DNA from: Chiloscyllium plagiosum
Lineage: Eukaryota
DNA length: 64,000 nucleotides
Assembly (NCBI RefSeq): GCF_004010195.1
Contig: NC_057719.1
Coordinates: 29,364,822-29,428,821 of the forward strand
Direction of reading: 5' to 3'
Shown here: piece after piece, positions 25,850-39,050 of the stretch
How positions within the stretch are numbered: the first letter of the stretch is position 1
How the letters are laid out: each line of letters starts with the position of its first letter
Translations under genes and position numbers: made by a program
The notes under the pieces: generated by a model
What the model saw: the letters and a program-made list of their open reading frames with translations, nothing else
Told to the model about the DNA's origin: nothing
Database searches by the model: none

Positions 25850-27086
25850 CTGTTTGAGGGGGAGAAAATACTGTTAGTCATATACTTTCTTTTATAATAA
25901 CACAAATTGCAAGATTTATAGCAAGTTGCAATTCAATATCTGTGCATGAAGGGTTTTTGTCTATTTTTGCTGGAAGTTCAGGTAGAAAACAAGTTTCCCT
26001 TCAATATGTGCTTTATGCTCATAATAAAGACATTTGCTAATATTAAAATATAGAGGAACAAACATTCATAAAAAATAAGAAAATTCTGGGGAGTTTTGGG
26101 AATACAACCAGGAACCCAGTTATTCCCATTACGTTTTGCAAAAATGAAAGAGTTTTAAAAAAATAAACATACAGTCACAGACATCCTACAGTGCAGAAAG
26201 AGGACATTAGACCTATCGAGTCTGCATCAACCCTCCAAAAAGCATCCCAACTAAAACTGACCTCCAAACCTTTCCCTGTTACCACCCATTTACCATAGCT
26301 AACCCACCTAGCCTTTAGTATATCAGCTGCTGTAAAGTTAAAGAATGCCAGTCAATCTATCATGAAGTTACCTGAGCGGGTAACACTAACTGCAGCCTTC
26401 AGATGAACTTGAATTGAAGGATGCAAACTAATTGGACCACATGAATCAAACATGATGTAGTTCCATTTAAATTGATGCTTTCTATTTTTTTATTTATTAT
26501 AAACTTCTCCAGTCACATTCAGCTGTGCTACATTTGAGCAGGCAGTTTCAATTTTTAAATGTAAATATAGTAATTTATAATAGTCAGCAAATATGCAGAA
26601 GGGCAGAAATATTGATACTCAGTTTTCACAGCTTTACATGTGGACTATACACAGCACTCAAATTAGTAAAGCAAAACATTTAAAGTGATAGGATCTTTGT
26701 AAGGTAATGCTTGTTCCACTATATAGCAAGTTACCAAGTCCAAATATTTACCAGCCAAGACTAATAACTTCAACCAGCATTTGAAGACAGACTAAAAAGA
26801 ATTACAATGGATAGCTCCTTATCCTTTTCTTCCACTAATTCTAATTTCTATATTCAATTCTCATCTTTATCCTTTACTCAATCTTTTGTCAATCTACTAA
26901 TGTTGTTCACCCATATCTTATTTACTTTGCTTTAGTCTCCCCTATTACTTTAATATTACAATTGTTCAAATTCAACTTTTTTTTAAAATCAGTCTTTCCT
27001 TCTCTCAAAATTCTGGGCATTTCTGATAAGCCCTTGCTTATGGCAGTAATGAAAAAAATTCTTTGCACTAAAATGAGGAATGCAGT

Positions 27087-27141
27087 TTCACAATGTTTGA
27101 ATAGTTCACAATGTTTGAGAATAGTTCACAATGTTTGAATA
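27087..27141. repeat. Three tandem copies of an 18-20 bp unit (TTCACAATGTTTGAATAG)
   Basis: Directly visible. Confidence 0.9.
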
Positions 27142-27929
27142 AAAGTTGGCAAGTTTACTATGAATCCTAAAACTACACTAACCATATGGCACTCAGACTA
27201 TAAGCATTTAATATCGCACTGATTCAAATGTATCACTCTTGTTTAAATGACACTCCAGTATGGCTCAGTTGTCTGCATATATAATGAACAGGCAAAAGAG
27301 ACGGAGTAAACCGTTCGGTGCATCGAGCCTGTTCTGTCACGAAAAGATCATGGCTGATCAAATTGTGGTTTCAACTCCACTTACCAGCCTACCCGATATC
27401 AATTGACACCACAATTAATCAAGGAGCTAATTCTACCTTAAAGATATTAAAAACTCAAGGTCCTGATAAAATTTGAAATGGTAACTTTCCTTCAAGACAT
27501 AGTGCCTGACTCACTGGCCATTTCCATCTTCTCATTTTAATATCAAATTTCACATTTCTGCAGTATTTTCCTTAAGCACTTGCAAGTTCTTTACTTTTTT
27601 AATGTATCACTGTCTTCACTAAGTTTACACAATTTTTTTAAAAAAGATGGCTGAAATTTAGTTTATGGATTTCTAAATCAAAAATTAAAGACATAAAGAT
27701 TATGTTTGCTTTGATGATCCTGTGCCATCCCATCTGTAGCACAATCTGGTCAATCCTGGTCACTCACTGTATCCTTGCATCCTACTAGTTTATTTCTCGA
27801 GAGTATGTATCCTATCTAGTTTTAAAATTATTCATCATCTCCTCTTAAACCATGCTTGGAGGTATGTGAGTAACATCTTGATCCATTCTAAGCTGACATG
27901 AAATAACAAATAACTGCAGCTGTTTTCCA

Positions 27930-28300
27930 TTGAGCAAAGGAGGTTGAAGGAGATATGTTAAAGGTGTACAAGATTATGACAGGTTTAAGAAAGAGAGACA
28001 AAGAAAACTGTTCCTAACATATATTAAGGAACACTAGCTAAAAGTTCTGGGTAAGAGATGCTGAAGGGAATGAGAAAAACTACTATCTTTATGCAGGGTG
28101 TGGCAATAATCTTTAACAACATACCTCCAAGTATGGTTTAAGAGGAGATGATGAATAATTTTAAACTAGACTGAATACATACTCAAGGGAAATAAACTAG
28201 TAGGATGCAAGGATACAGTGAGTGACCAAGATTGACCAGATTGTGCTACAGATGGGATGGCACAGGATCTGTGTGCTGAATAGACTCCATCGAGCTTAAC
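27930..28300 (+). mobile_element. Old CR1 3' fragment
   Basis: ttgagcaaaggaggttgaagggagatatgttaaaggtgtacaagattatg (EQRRLKGDMLKVYKIM). Confidence 0.65.
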
Positions 28301-29049
28301 TGACTTTGATTCTACTACAGGTTTATTACCTCTTCAAGATCAAGTATTTGTTTAAAAGTTTTAAAGCAACACACTGGTTTACTGGCTGAAATCCTACATT
28401 AGCTACAACCAATTCCAGTTCAAATAAGATTGCAGTCTATTAGTAGGATAACTAATTAAATATTCCATTTTCAGTATGATAAGCGCAATAGGTAACAACA
28501 TTAAGTTCGAGCACAGCCCATTGAAAGTGTTGGCTATCATCCCGATGTAAATGTAACTATTTATCAACTGTAGCTTTTTGAAAGCTTATTTTATAAATAA
28601 AATCAAGTCATATGAATCTGCAGCTCTAGAAAGAAATACAATACTGAGATAGCCTTCAATGACAATTAGCATTTTCTTCCATTCCTCGAGTCAGAAATCT
28701 GCACAATATCTCCCATGAATGACCAGTCCAAGCTCCAAACTTGCTAGTTGAAAAAGAATGCCTTCACTTTCACACTCACTACACACTAACGCAAGGCACT
28801 CCAACATGTTACGCTACTAGACCCAAAATCTATATTCACTGATGTTCCTCAAAATTAATTTGAATTTTTCTGTTATTTCAAAAGAAATTATGGATCCTTT
28901 CTTAAAGACTTAGCAGTAGGCCAAGAAGTAATTTTAGCGACCTAGTCCTGATGTTACCTAGCCAGTACTCTTATTTAGCACACAACCAGACTAGGGAGAA
29001 TACAGCTACATATGAAATTGCATCCAGAACTTTGCTAGTATATACAACA

Positions 29050-29260
29050 GCTGAAAATGTGTTGCTGGAAAAGCGCAGTAGGTCAGGCAGCATCCAAGGA
29101 ACAGGAGAATCGACGTTTCGGGCATCAGCCGTTCTTCAGAAGAAGGGCTGATGCCCGAAACGTCGATTCTCCTGTTCCTTGGATGCTGTCTGACCTGCTG
29201 CACTTTTCCAGCAACACATTTTCAGCTCTGATCTACAGCAGCTGCAGCCCTCACTTTCTC
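29050..29260. mobile_element. Family-A palindromic PLE-terminus element, 15-bp target duplication
   Basis: Near-perfect palindrome. CTAGTATATACAACA at 29035-29049 and 29261-29275. Confidence 0.92.
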
Positions 29261-29646
29261 CTAGTATATACAACATAATATTAACTGGGTTACTTGCATA
29301 GAAGATGATGTAATTTAAGACTGCAGGGTAACAATATGCTTTACTTGGTGGCCCTTTGGTTTAACCAATGGATTAAAGATTAAAAATGAAAGATCAAGTT
29401 AGTTCTTCTATAATGCAATGGTTGCATTCTTGTGCAACTCCGTGATATAGAAAAATCATGCTTTAGAAACAGCACTTAAAAGTGTTGGTGCTGTAACTGC
29501 ATTACAGCCAACACACATTTTAAAGGTTCTCGCTGTAGAAACAGCATCCCCAATTTGTCAATTGTGTTACAGCAAATTCGCATCGATGAAACACACGTTA
29601 TAACAGAATGACCTATACAGTAAAATGGGAAGGACTTCAGATATAC

Positions 29647-30483
29647 CTTGTACAAGCACGTGTCAACAATCTGGTTACACACTTTCTCAAGATCATTGCT
29701 AACTTCTAGTCTGGATTTAACAAATTCACAGATCTCTTCATTCCCCATGACATCCCAAATACCATCACACGCTAGGATAATAAACTGATCATCCGCTGTT
29801 CTCTCAATTTCATAAACCTCAGGTTCTGGTGAGACAAGCTGCTCTGTTGGACCCTTCCCATGGACACACTTGTAATCAAAGTCTCCAAGAGCCCTTGAAA
29901 CAGCAAGGGAACCATTCACACGCTGAATCATGACTGAGCCACCAGCATTCTGGATCCGTTCTTTCTCCTGTGGGTTACTTGGTTTATGATCTTGCGTGAA
30001 GAAATGAACCTTGCCATTCCGACAAAGCAAACCTCGAGAGTCTCCACAGTTGATAAAGTAAATATGCTTGGGTGAAACCATGACACCCACTGCCGTTGAC
30101 CCACTTCTGTCTGAACCATGGCGCTTCTCAGAGATTGTTCGCATATGCTCATCTATCTGCAAGAAACCTGTTCGGATTCCACTTTTTACTTTCTCAACCG
30201 TAGGTTCAGTCATGCCATCAGTAACTTTGAAATCCTGGGTGTTGGTGATGTGATCTAACAAATGCTCACAGCAATATCTGGCAACTTGGGATCCAGCATG
30301 CCCATCATAGACTGCAAAGAAAGACCATGCTTCAAGTCCATGTGGTAGTCCAATGACAGCTGTATGTGCATCCTCCATCTCAATTCGCCAACCTTGCATG
30401 CTGCTCAGTCCATAATGTAGGTCATTTCCTGCACCACTGGCATTATGCTTTTCCATCTTTGGCTTATCCAGAAACGCTCCCAT
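29647..30483 (-). CDS. PPM1A: PPM1A first coding exon (exon 2): PP2C/PPM Mg2+/Mn2+-dependent phosphatase catalytic domain, aa 1-279
   Basis: Translation [14 protein letters not shown]...[12 protein letters not shown]...YDGHAG...NCGDSR...DHKP...LAVSRALGD...ACDGIWDV...VDTCLYK. Acceptor tttttcag is followed by 21 nt of UTR (exon starts 30504). Donor AAG|gtatat at 29646. Confidence 0.98.
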
Positions 30484-31004
30484 TTTCAGCCAATATGCTC
30501 AGCACTGAAAAAGTAAACAGAATTTTTTTTTTGAATGAATGTACTTACAATAGCAGAAACGTGAGCATAATCTCTCTTATAGTTGACCAGCAGCTAGTTA
30601 AAAATGGATCTCAGAAGAAATTCTTTTCAGCAAAGAAAATAAATAGATTCCCAAACAAGGTTAAAGCAAGACACACATTTGAAAGGCAGGCTCATCTTCA
30701 ATTTATCAATTAATACAGCTTATACAAATATTTGTACAGAAAAGTGATTCATTCAGACAACTGATTAGATATTAATTTGCCAGTTAATCTGCATAACCAT
30801 ATAAATCTGATGTAAAGACAATAGTCAAAATACAGTACAAACAGTGTGATGCATGCTTTCTTTATTCACAAGCATCAGTGGTGACAAAATTTAAATAACA
30901 TTTAACCTGAACTGTTCCAAAGGAACATCCCTTGAATGTTATATTTTGAAAAATCTGATATACGCTTACAGCAACTGCTTGTTTTATTTTTAAAAGCATC
31001 AAGG

Positions 31005-32185
31005 TTACCTCAGATTACAATGGGATCTTGATCAGATGAGCAAATGGGCCTAGGACTGGCAGATGGAGTTTAGTTTAGATAAATGTGAGGTGCTGCATTT
31101 TGGAAAGGCAAATTATGGCAGGACTTATATACTTAATGGTAAGGTTCTGAGGAGTGCTGCTGAACAAAGAGACCTTGCAGTGCAGGTTCCTAACTCTTTG
31201 AAAGTGGAGTAGCTGGTACATAGAACGGTGAAGGCAGTGTTTGGTATGCTTGCTTTTATTGGTCAGTGATTAAGTAGAAGAGTTGGGAAGTCCTGTTGTG
31301 GCTGCACAGGACATTGGTAAGGCCACTTTTGGAATACTTTGGCGCAATTACAGTCTCCTTGCTATAGGAAAGATGTTGTGAAACTTGCAAGGGTTCAGAA
31401 AAGATTTACAAGCAGGTTGCCAGGGTTGGAGGATTTCAGCTATAGGGAGAGACTGAATAGGCTGGGGCTGTTTTCTGTGGAGCGTTGGAGGCATAAAAGG
31501 ATGAGAGGTGACCTTATAGAGGTTTATAAAATAATGAGCGGTATGGATAGGGTAAATTGACAAGGTATTTTCCCTGGCGGTGGGGGAGGGGGAGAGCAGG
31601 AGAGTCCAAAATGAGATGGCACAGATTTAAAGATGAGAGGGGAAAGATTTAAAAGGGACTTAAGGGGCAACTTTTTCACACAGAGGGTGGTACATGTATG
31701 GAATGAGCTGCCAGAGGAAGTGGAGGAGGCTGGTACAATTACAGCATTTAAAAAGCATCTGGATGGGTATATGAATAAGACAATAGACAATAGGTGCAGG
31801 AGTAGGCCATTCTCCCCTTCGAGCCTGCACCACCATTCAATATGGAGAAAGTGAGGTCTGCAGATGCTGGAGATCAGAGCTGAAAATGTGTTGCTGGAGA
31901 AGCGCAGCAGGTCAGGCAGCATCCAGGGAACAGGAGAATCGACGAGGAAGGGCTTATGCCCGAAACATCGATTCTCCTGTTCCCTGGATGCTGCCTGACC
32001 TGCTGCGCTTCTCCAGCAACACATTTTCAGCACCATTCAATATGATCATGGCTGCCCAGAGTTTAGAGAGATATAGGCCAAATACTGGCAAATGGGACTA
32101 GGTTAGGTTAAGTTAGGATATCTGTTCAGCACAGACAAGTTAGACTGAAGGGTCCGTTTCTTTGCTGTGCATCTCTATGACTCTA
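31005..32185 (+). mobile_element. 5'-truncated CR1 (HER1-like) LINE with nested insertions
   Basis: ORF remnants YRKDVVKLARVQKRFT..LPGLEDFSYRERLNRLGLFS..RGDLIEVYKIM and RGNFFTQRVVHVWNELPEEV. 3' tail ctctatgactctat. Confidence 0.92.
31845..32030. mobile_element. Family-A palindromic PLE-terminus element, 14-bp target duplication
   Basis: CACCATTCAATATG at 31831-31844 and 32031-32044; inverted arms with a deleted centre. Confidence 0.92.
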
Positions 32186-32559
32186 TCATCCACTGAAGTG
32201 AGCAAAAAGCATTCTACACAGGATGTGGTACAAAATAACTTGATTGTTAAAGGTCAATATAACTTTTCTCAAGCATCTTTAAAAAGCTGTTCTCTGCTGG
32301 GTTTTTTTTAACCCTTTTCCTTACTAGTAACTGTTGAAATATATCTTCACTGGACAAATGCAAAGACTTGGGAGTTATTTTTGGATCTGCATTTCTACGG
32401 TCATTTCTTAAACATGTGCATTCACTGCTCCATACAAATGTGGGTGGATTTGCAGTATTTATTTAATTTGGATTCAGAAATGCCTTGGACTTATCCATAC
32501 TCATTGTAAGAAAAGAACTGCTGAAAAAATAAATTTTTGACTACTCAATACAATAAAAA

Positions 32560-32762
32560 GGTAGAGTCACCTTGGTCCTAATGGACCAGTAGGGCTGCTC
32601 TCTCAAAGAGAGATAAGTGGTGATGGTTTAACCTCAAAGTCACCATGACTCAGGCAACGGGAGGGTTTGAGAAGCAAAGGCGCTCATGGAAATCTCAGTC
32701 AGTGTTAGCAATATTCTATATTGTAAACAGGCGATCCAGTCAACTGAACTAACCAACCTCCC
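32560..32762 (-). mobile_element. tRNA-derived SINE, second family (also 38180-38335 on +)
   Basis: The two copies are reverse-homologous (ggtgaccctca.gttaaacaccacca versus tggtgatggtttaacctcaaagtcacca). B-box-like GGGTTCAATTGC in the 38.2 kb copy. Confidence 0.55.
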
Positions 32763-33166
32763 CCTGCCTCACTCTTGATCCTCCCCATGGTAATAACCAT
32801 TGGCACTTTACACAGGCAATAGAACTATGCAATTTATTGCACAATAAGTGTTATCTTGATCAGATAGTCCTTTAACAAGACAGTTTTGGTAATCTTACAC
32901 AAAAACAGAAAATGCAATAGGTCTGACAGCATCTGTGGAGAGAAAAACATTAAGTGACCTTTGTCAGAATGGTCATTTTCAGAATGTTTTTTGCTCAACA
33001 GATGATGGCAGAGCTATTAAGTTTAACAGCACTTTCTATCTTTGTTTCAGACCTTCAACATTCACAGTTCTTTGAGTTATTTCGTTAATCTTAGCTTTAC
33101 TTGCATGGAATAAATGATTCATAGGAAGTTGGAACTTACTGCCATGCCGGGAACTGATGAAGAGAA

Positions 33167-33196
<30 letters not shown>
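33167..33196 (+). repeat. G30 homopolymer
   Basis: 30 consecutive G. Confidence 0.95.
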
Positions 33197-33197
<1 letters not shown>

Positions 33198-34359
33198 AGA
33201 AATAGGAAAGGGACAACCATCTCCAAAAAAGCATACTCTCTTAACCGATATACACAGACAGATTATCTAATATCACTGTAATGTTCCAAATAAGAAGCTA
33301 ATCTGAAAGTTTTAAAACAATGAATTTCAGCAATCTGGTCCTGATATTACTTGTACCAAGCACTGCCTGGGAAACTAGAAGGTCAACACTGCATTAATTT
33401 AAGGTGAAGTAGAGGAAATCTATTTGTATTTTTAAAAGCTCACCCTAATTTAAACAAACATTTGTTAAGGAATTTTAGGATTAGGAATACTTCAAAGCAT
33501 TTAAGATTAGTCACAAAGTTTATGTCTTGGCACTGGCTGTCATAGATTCTAAACTACAATCTAAATAGCTCTTAGCCAGGTCACATGGTATGAAAGCTTG
33601 TGGACTCGAGATTACTAGTCCAAAGACATTACCACCATCCCACCACTGCCCCAGTTTATTTTTAGAATATGACGACTCAGCCAGAAAGGAGAACTGCAAA
33701 GAGATAATTAGTACGCAAGTACAGGAAGGAGAGGGTTTGATCAACAAATGCACAAATGTTTAATTTGCATTTTTTTTATCATCTTGCATATATAGGCTTT
33801 GTTTAGAATATCAGGGTATCCAAAAGCACTTAGTCAACTAATTATTTTTGATAAGTTAGTGTTGTAATGTCAGAGAAAATAGCCAATTTATACACAGAAG
33901 GCCTCACATATAGCAAAAAAGTGATTAACCAACTAATTTGTTTTTAGCAATGTTGATTAAGGAATAAATATTGGCCAGGATGCCAGAAGAGCTATCCTAT
34001 ACTTCAAATATGGCCATGAGATTTTAATGCTCATTGACAATACAAACAGAAACCTCAGAGCACAGTATTTCCTCAGTATTACATTTAATTATCAGGATAG
34101 ATTATGCATTCATGTCTCTAAAGTAGAATTTGAACCCGATTACCTTTGAATCAATTGATGAATAGTACCAGTACCAGGCTCTACTCATCCATGGAATTTG
34201 ACTAGGTAATTTCCAAAGTAGTTCAGAACAGTAAACATAAGTTAACTAAAACCTAAATTACCCAGTACCAACAGTAACATACTGTCTTTTCAGACATAAT
34301 ATATACATTTGAAATATAGATGTTAATATTGTTCCTCTTCAAAAACAATATCATACTTG

Positions 34360-35140
34360 GTAATAAATAATCACAGAAATTGCTGGAAACTCTGTAGGTC
34401 CAGCAGCATCTGTAGCGAGAAAACATATTTCACATCCTGTGAACCTCCTTAAGAATGAGAAACAATTCCAAAAAAAGGTATTTATGCTGAGGAACAAATG
34501 GGCATTGAGCAGACAGGTGGAGAGGGAGTCCAGAATGACAGAAAAAGCAGTAGGCAGACAAAGAGATTGTTGATAGCCAACCAGAGAAGCAGAAGCCAGA
34601 TAGATGATAATGGGGACAATGAATAGTTGAAAATGAATTGGCTGTACTAAAAGCGTCCCATCTCATGATAGAACGTTGGGTAGTGGGAAAGGTTAACAAA
34701 CAAGGAAGGGGGTCATCACGCACTAAAAATCGTTAAACCTGATGTTGAGTCCTGAGGGCTCAAGCAGCAGATGAGGTGTTATTCCTCCAGCTTGCATTGA
34801 GCTTCACTGGACTACTGTAATAAGTTTGAGACAGAAATGCTGTAACGAGAAAACAGTTGTGTCCAGAAGTGGCAAGGAGTTCAGGGTCATTTTTACAGAC
34901 ACATCATTGCTGTTCTGAAAAGCAATCATCCAGACTGTATTTCGTCTCCCTTATGTAGAAAAACCATTGTGAATAGCAAATAAAGTAGACTAAATTAAAT
35001 GAAACGCAGGTAAATTGCTACTTCAACTGAAAGATGTGTCTGTGGCGTTAGTGGGAGGTGGCAAAAAACAAGTATTGCTCCTTCTGCGATTGCATAGTGA
35101 AGTGCCTTGGGGGTGTGGTGAGGTGAGGTGTTGGGAGCAA
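34360..35140 (-). mobile_element. Degraded Penelope-like element 3' part
   Basis: Homologous to 1545-2600 and 4925-5700. Confidence 0.7.
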
Positions 35141-35979
35141 TTAACGTGGTCTCCTCTACATTAGGGAGACAAAACACAGCTCGGATGAGTGTTTTACAGA
35201 ACATCTACGTTCTGTCATAAAAGCGATCCCAAGCTTCTTCCCCCCCTTCACTGAGATTAAATTCAGGACAATCTTTGATCACAATGACTCACTGCTCCAT
35301 TAATTGAAACAAGTACATTTCAAAGCCAGAATAGAAAGTTAAATAATTGACAAAATGAAAATATGAAAAAAGGCAAAAAAAAGGAAATGATCAATTAACA
35401 TCTTTGCAATAAGCATAGAGAATTGAAATCTGTCCATCCAGCACGTATAATGATGCTGAGGAAAACAAAAATGTACATTATACTTATCCCCATTTTTATA
35501 TTTTCTGACCCCTTTCAGATTTTTTCCAACAATGAACTACGACGTAAGGACTATTTTAAATTCTTTAGCAGCTGAAAATGGTAACAATGTATGAATGCAT
35601 CTTCCCAACATCTAAAGATATTGTTATATCACTAACTTTTATCACCATTTTTAAACGAACTTAAAATAATCTTCAGTAGCTTTAAAAAAAATCCAACAAT
35701 GACATTCATAATCATACACAACTAGAATTTTGTTTACCCAGTAAATATTAAAACATTTAAAGAAGGTCATCCTACAAATGGTAGGATAATAAATATGCGA
35801 TTGCCAGGAGAGTTCAAGGGGCAAAGCATTTTCGCTCAGGAAAAAAACGCAGTTACATAACACTAAACACACACCCAGGAAACACCTCCTCTTTCCTAAT
35901 CCAATAATTATCAAAGATCAATGCATAGGCACAAACCATCTTTAAAAACAAAAACATTGTGAATAAAGAATAAAGTTAG

Positions 35980-36400
35980 AGGAACCGCAAACATCCTGGG
36001 TGTCTGGGATCAGCGTGGGAGAGAGAAACCATGAAAATGACAGCCTCAACAATAAATTTCAGAGCTGAGGCCTATGGTTGGACATGGCGCCCTCTTCTGC
36101 CTCCTGCAGCTCTGCGATAATCACGGCGTGTGTGGCGCAGACATGGACACTCACCAACCCTCAGCCAGACAACACAACGGCCTTCACCGTGAACACATTC
36201 ACCACGAAGCAGAGTCCCTCTCTATAACAACAAGATGCCGACGCATCGCCCGCCTGACCGACCTAATCACGGTAACATACTCCCAGATCACAACTGCGAC
36301 TGCGTTGATCTGCCGGCTTCCTGGCTGCAACTGCGGCTGCGTGGGATGGCCGGCGATCTGAGCAAAAGTGCGGTTGCGTGGAATGGTCAGCGATTTGAGC
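35980..36400 (-). promoter_or_regulatory. PPM1A: CpG-rich PPM1A promoter and non-coding exon 1 (3' end at 36155)
   Basis: Sharp local CpG enrichment in non-repetitive sequence. Consensus donor TTG|gtgagt at 36154-36149 on the minus strand. YY1-like ACATGGCG near 36082. Exon 2 begins with an acceptor, so an upstream exon is needed. Confidence 0.7.
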
Positions 36401-36419
36401 AAAACTGGTCCTGAATTTT

Positions 36420-38075
36420 TCCTTTAATTCATCTAATTTTCTTCACGTCAGAGGTATGGCCATGGGTCCCACAAGGGCCCTAATTATGCATTTCCTTCTT
36501 GGGGTATGTGGAACATTCTTTGTCCAATCCTAGTCTAGTCTTAACCTACAACTCTTTCTTCATATGTCAACGACATCATTGGTGTTGCTTCCCTCTCTCA
36601 TTTGGAACTGGAAAACTGTAAAATTTCTACCTTGTTCTCACCTTGCCGGATCTCCTCCCTTCCTTGACTGGCCACCAATATTCTCTACAAACGCACTGAC
36701 TCCCACAGTTACCTGGCTATTCATCATCAAACCCTGCTTCCTGTAAAGACTATGTTTCTAGTTCCTTTATCTCTGACTCATGTTCCAATGATGCTAACTT
36801 TGACGAGGGGCCTCCAAAATATTCACCTTATTCCTCAACAGAGGATTCCTCACCATCGTGGTTGGCAGGGCCCTCAGCCATGTCTGACCCTTCTCTTGCA
36901 CTTTGGCCCTCACACTCTGTCTTGCCTCCCACACAGCGATAGAGCCCCCTTTGTCCTCACCTACCATCCCAGCAGCATCCATATCCATTGGATCATTAAC
37001 CACCATTTTCGCCAACTACAGTGGATGCCATCTCCAGAATCACATTTAGCTGCTGTCCTTTGTCAGCTTTCCGCAGACATTGTTCCACCGGTAACACCTT
37101 GGTCTACTCGTCCTCCACTCCCAACACCTCACTACAGTCCCATGGCACCTTCCCTTGCAATTGCAGAAGATGTAACACCTGTCTGTTTACTTCCTGACTC
37201 CTCACTATCCAAGACCCCAGACACACCTAGCATGTGAAGCAGCAATTTACCTGCACTTGACTCAATCTAGTCTTCTATATCTGCTGCTCACATTGTGTTC
37301 TCCCTTACATTGGGGAGATGAAGTGCAGACTAGGTGACTACTTTGCATAACACCTGAATTCTGTTTGCAAAAATGAACCTGAGTTTCCTGTTGCATGCCA
37401 CTATAACATACCACCATGCTCCCTGGCCAACATCTCTGTCTCGGCTTGCTGCAGTGGTCCAACGAAGTTCAGCACTAGCAGGAAGAACAGCACTTCATTT
37501 TCCTTTTGGGAATCCTGAAGCATTCTGGTCTCAATATCAAGTTCAACAATTTTAGGGCTTGAGCATCTTCTCCCATGTCCTTGCCCTTACCTGAACATGT
37601 ACACAGCCAGGCCTTATCATCACGTGGGCTACCAGCACAAACAACACATTACCAACCATGAATGGTCCCCATTAGCAGCAGTAGGTTCTTCCAGGCTGAC
37701 CTTTAACCATTCTTTTATCTGCTTAATTGTTTTTCTCTTTCTCTGTCTGGACTCCACATTTTTGAGGAAAAAGTGAGGACTGTAGATGCTGGAGATCAGA
37801 GCTGAAAATGTGTTGCTGGAAAAGCGCAGCAGGTCAGGCAGCATCCAAGGAGCAGGAGAATCGACGTTTCGGGCAGAAGCCCTTCTTCAGGAATTCCACA
37901 TTTACCTATCGTTGACTCCTCCCACCTCCCCACACTTCATCTTTATCACATAAACCAACCTTTTCCTAGCTAAAATCAGTTCTGAAGCAGGGTCACTGTA
38001 CCAGAAATGTAAACTCTGCTTTCTCTCTATAAATGCTGCCAGACCTGCAAGAGATTTTCCAGAAATTTCTGTTTT
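36420..38075 (+). mobile_element. Degraded Penelope-like retroelement (RT, GIY-YIG remnant, terminus) abutting the PPM1A promoter
   Basis: ggtatggccatgggtcccacaagggccctaattatgca = G.AMG...GPNYA (PLE RT motif). ORF remnant DRAPFVLTYHPSSIHIHWIINHHFRQLQ. Decayed terminal hammerhead-like agttctgaagcagggtcactgtaccagaaatgtaaact at about 37978-38015. Confidence 0.8.
37762..37894 (-). mobile_element. Single family-A PLE arm with an intact hammerhead core, 9-bp target duplication
   Basis: TCCACATTT at 37753-37761 and 37895-37903. Minus strand reads CTGAAGA-A-GGGC-TTCT-GCCC-GAAA-CGTC at 37890-37863. Confidence 0.85.
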
Positions 38076-39050
38076 TGTCTCTGCTGAGCACCTAGTGACC
38101 TGAGTATAACTATGGCACAAGGATTAAGTTCCTGGATGGTAGTTCACAGATATTTGCAGGAGTGGAGTTTTTATTGTTATTATAGTTCATTTGGCTGAAC
38201 AGTGGTGTGTGATGCAGACTAATGCCAATTGCATGGGTTCAATTGCCAGACTAGCTGAGGTTACCATGAAGGACTCTCTTTCTGAACTTTTCCCTTTACC
38301 TGTGGTGTGGTGACCCTCATGTTAAACACCACCAGTGCATTTACACTGCATTTTGCCCCCATCTCAAAGATTTTATTATTTTTCTGCAATTTTACATCAC
38401 TTAGCAATTTTAGAAAACATAATCAAAAACTATATTTAAAAGTTAAGATTGCATTAGTTGATTACATCCTACATTGAGGTATCTTGTGAGGACCATTCAA
38501 GACTAATGCAGTGCGGAAATACGAGAATAAGAAGGAAGATTGTCAACCTGAAATGTTAACCCTGAACTGAATCTTGCGCTGCAGGACGTGGTGAGCTTGA
38601 CTAAACAAGCATAGTTGGGATAGGATACGGGTAACAACATTTCAATATATAAAATTCAAGGTTAAGAGGATAGTATAGATACAGAGAGCTGGGTATAATC
38701 TGAAGTAATTAATTCGTGCAAATATATGGAATGAATAGGAAAAGTTAGATGGATTTTCAGTAAATTGTGCTTAGCTACCTTTAGGAGATAAGAAATTTTT
38801 TAAACATATCCTCAAGATTAAATGAGTTCAGTGAACAGGATTCATGAAAAATGATTTCCATGCTTCTATAATTGCCCTATTTAAGTTGACAATATTGGTT
38901 TGAGATTTGCTGTCGCTCAAACTGAAATTTAGATTCTACCATGACAACCACCCCCCAACCTGGAGAATCATTAAGTATGGGACTGCTTATTAATCCTACA
39001 TCATTACAAAGTACTAGATCTAAAATAGCCTGATCCTGGTTATTGGTCTG

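Noticed and set aside
27087..27141. CRISPR-like array
   Set aside because: Direct tandem repeat without spacers, in a vertebrate intron with no cas genes.
29476..29646. C-terminal 56 aa of the 335-aa ORF ([10 protein letters not shown]...) as a real extension or intronless retrogene
   Set aside because: Homology stops at a GT donor after CLYK and resumes in frame in exon 3; this is read-through into intron 2.
33154..33166. Isolated CTGATGA boxes (also about 60894) as hammerheads or snoRNA boxes
   Set aside because: No stem II plus GAAA or flanking stem, and no paired C/D box structure.
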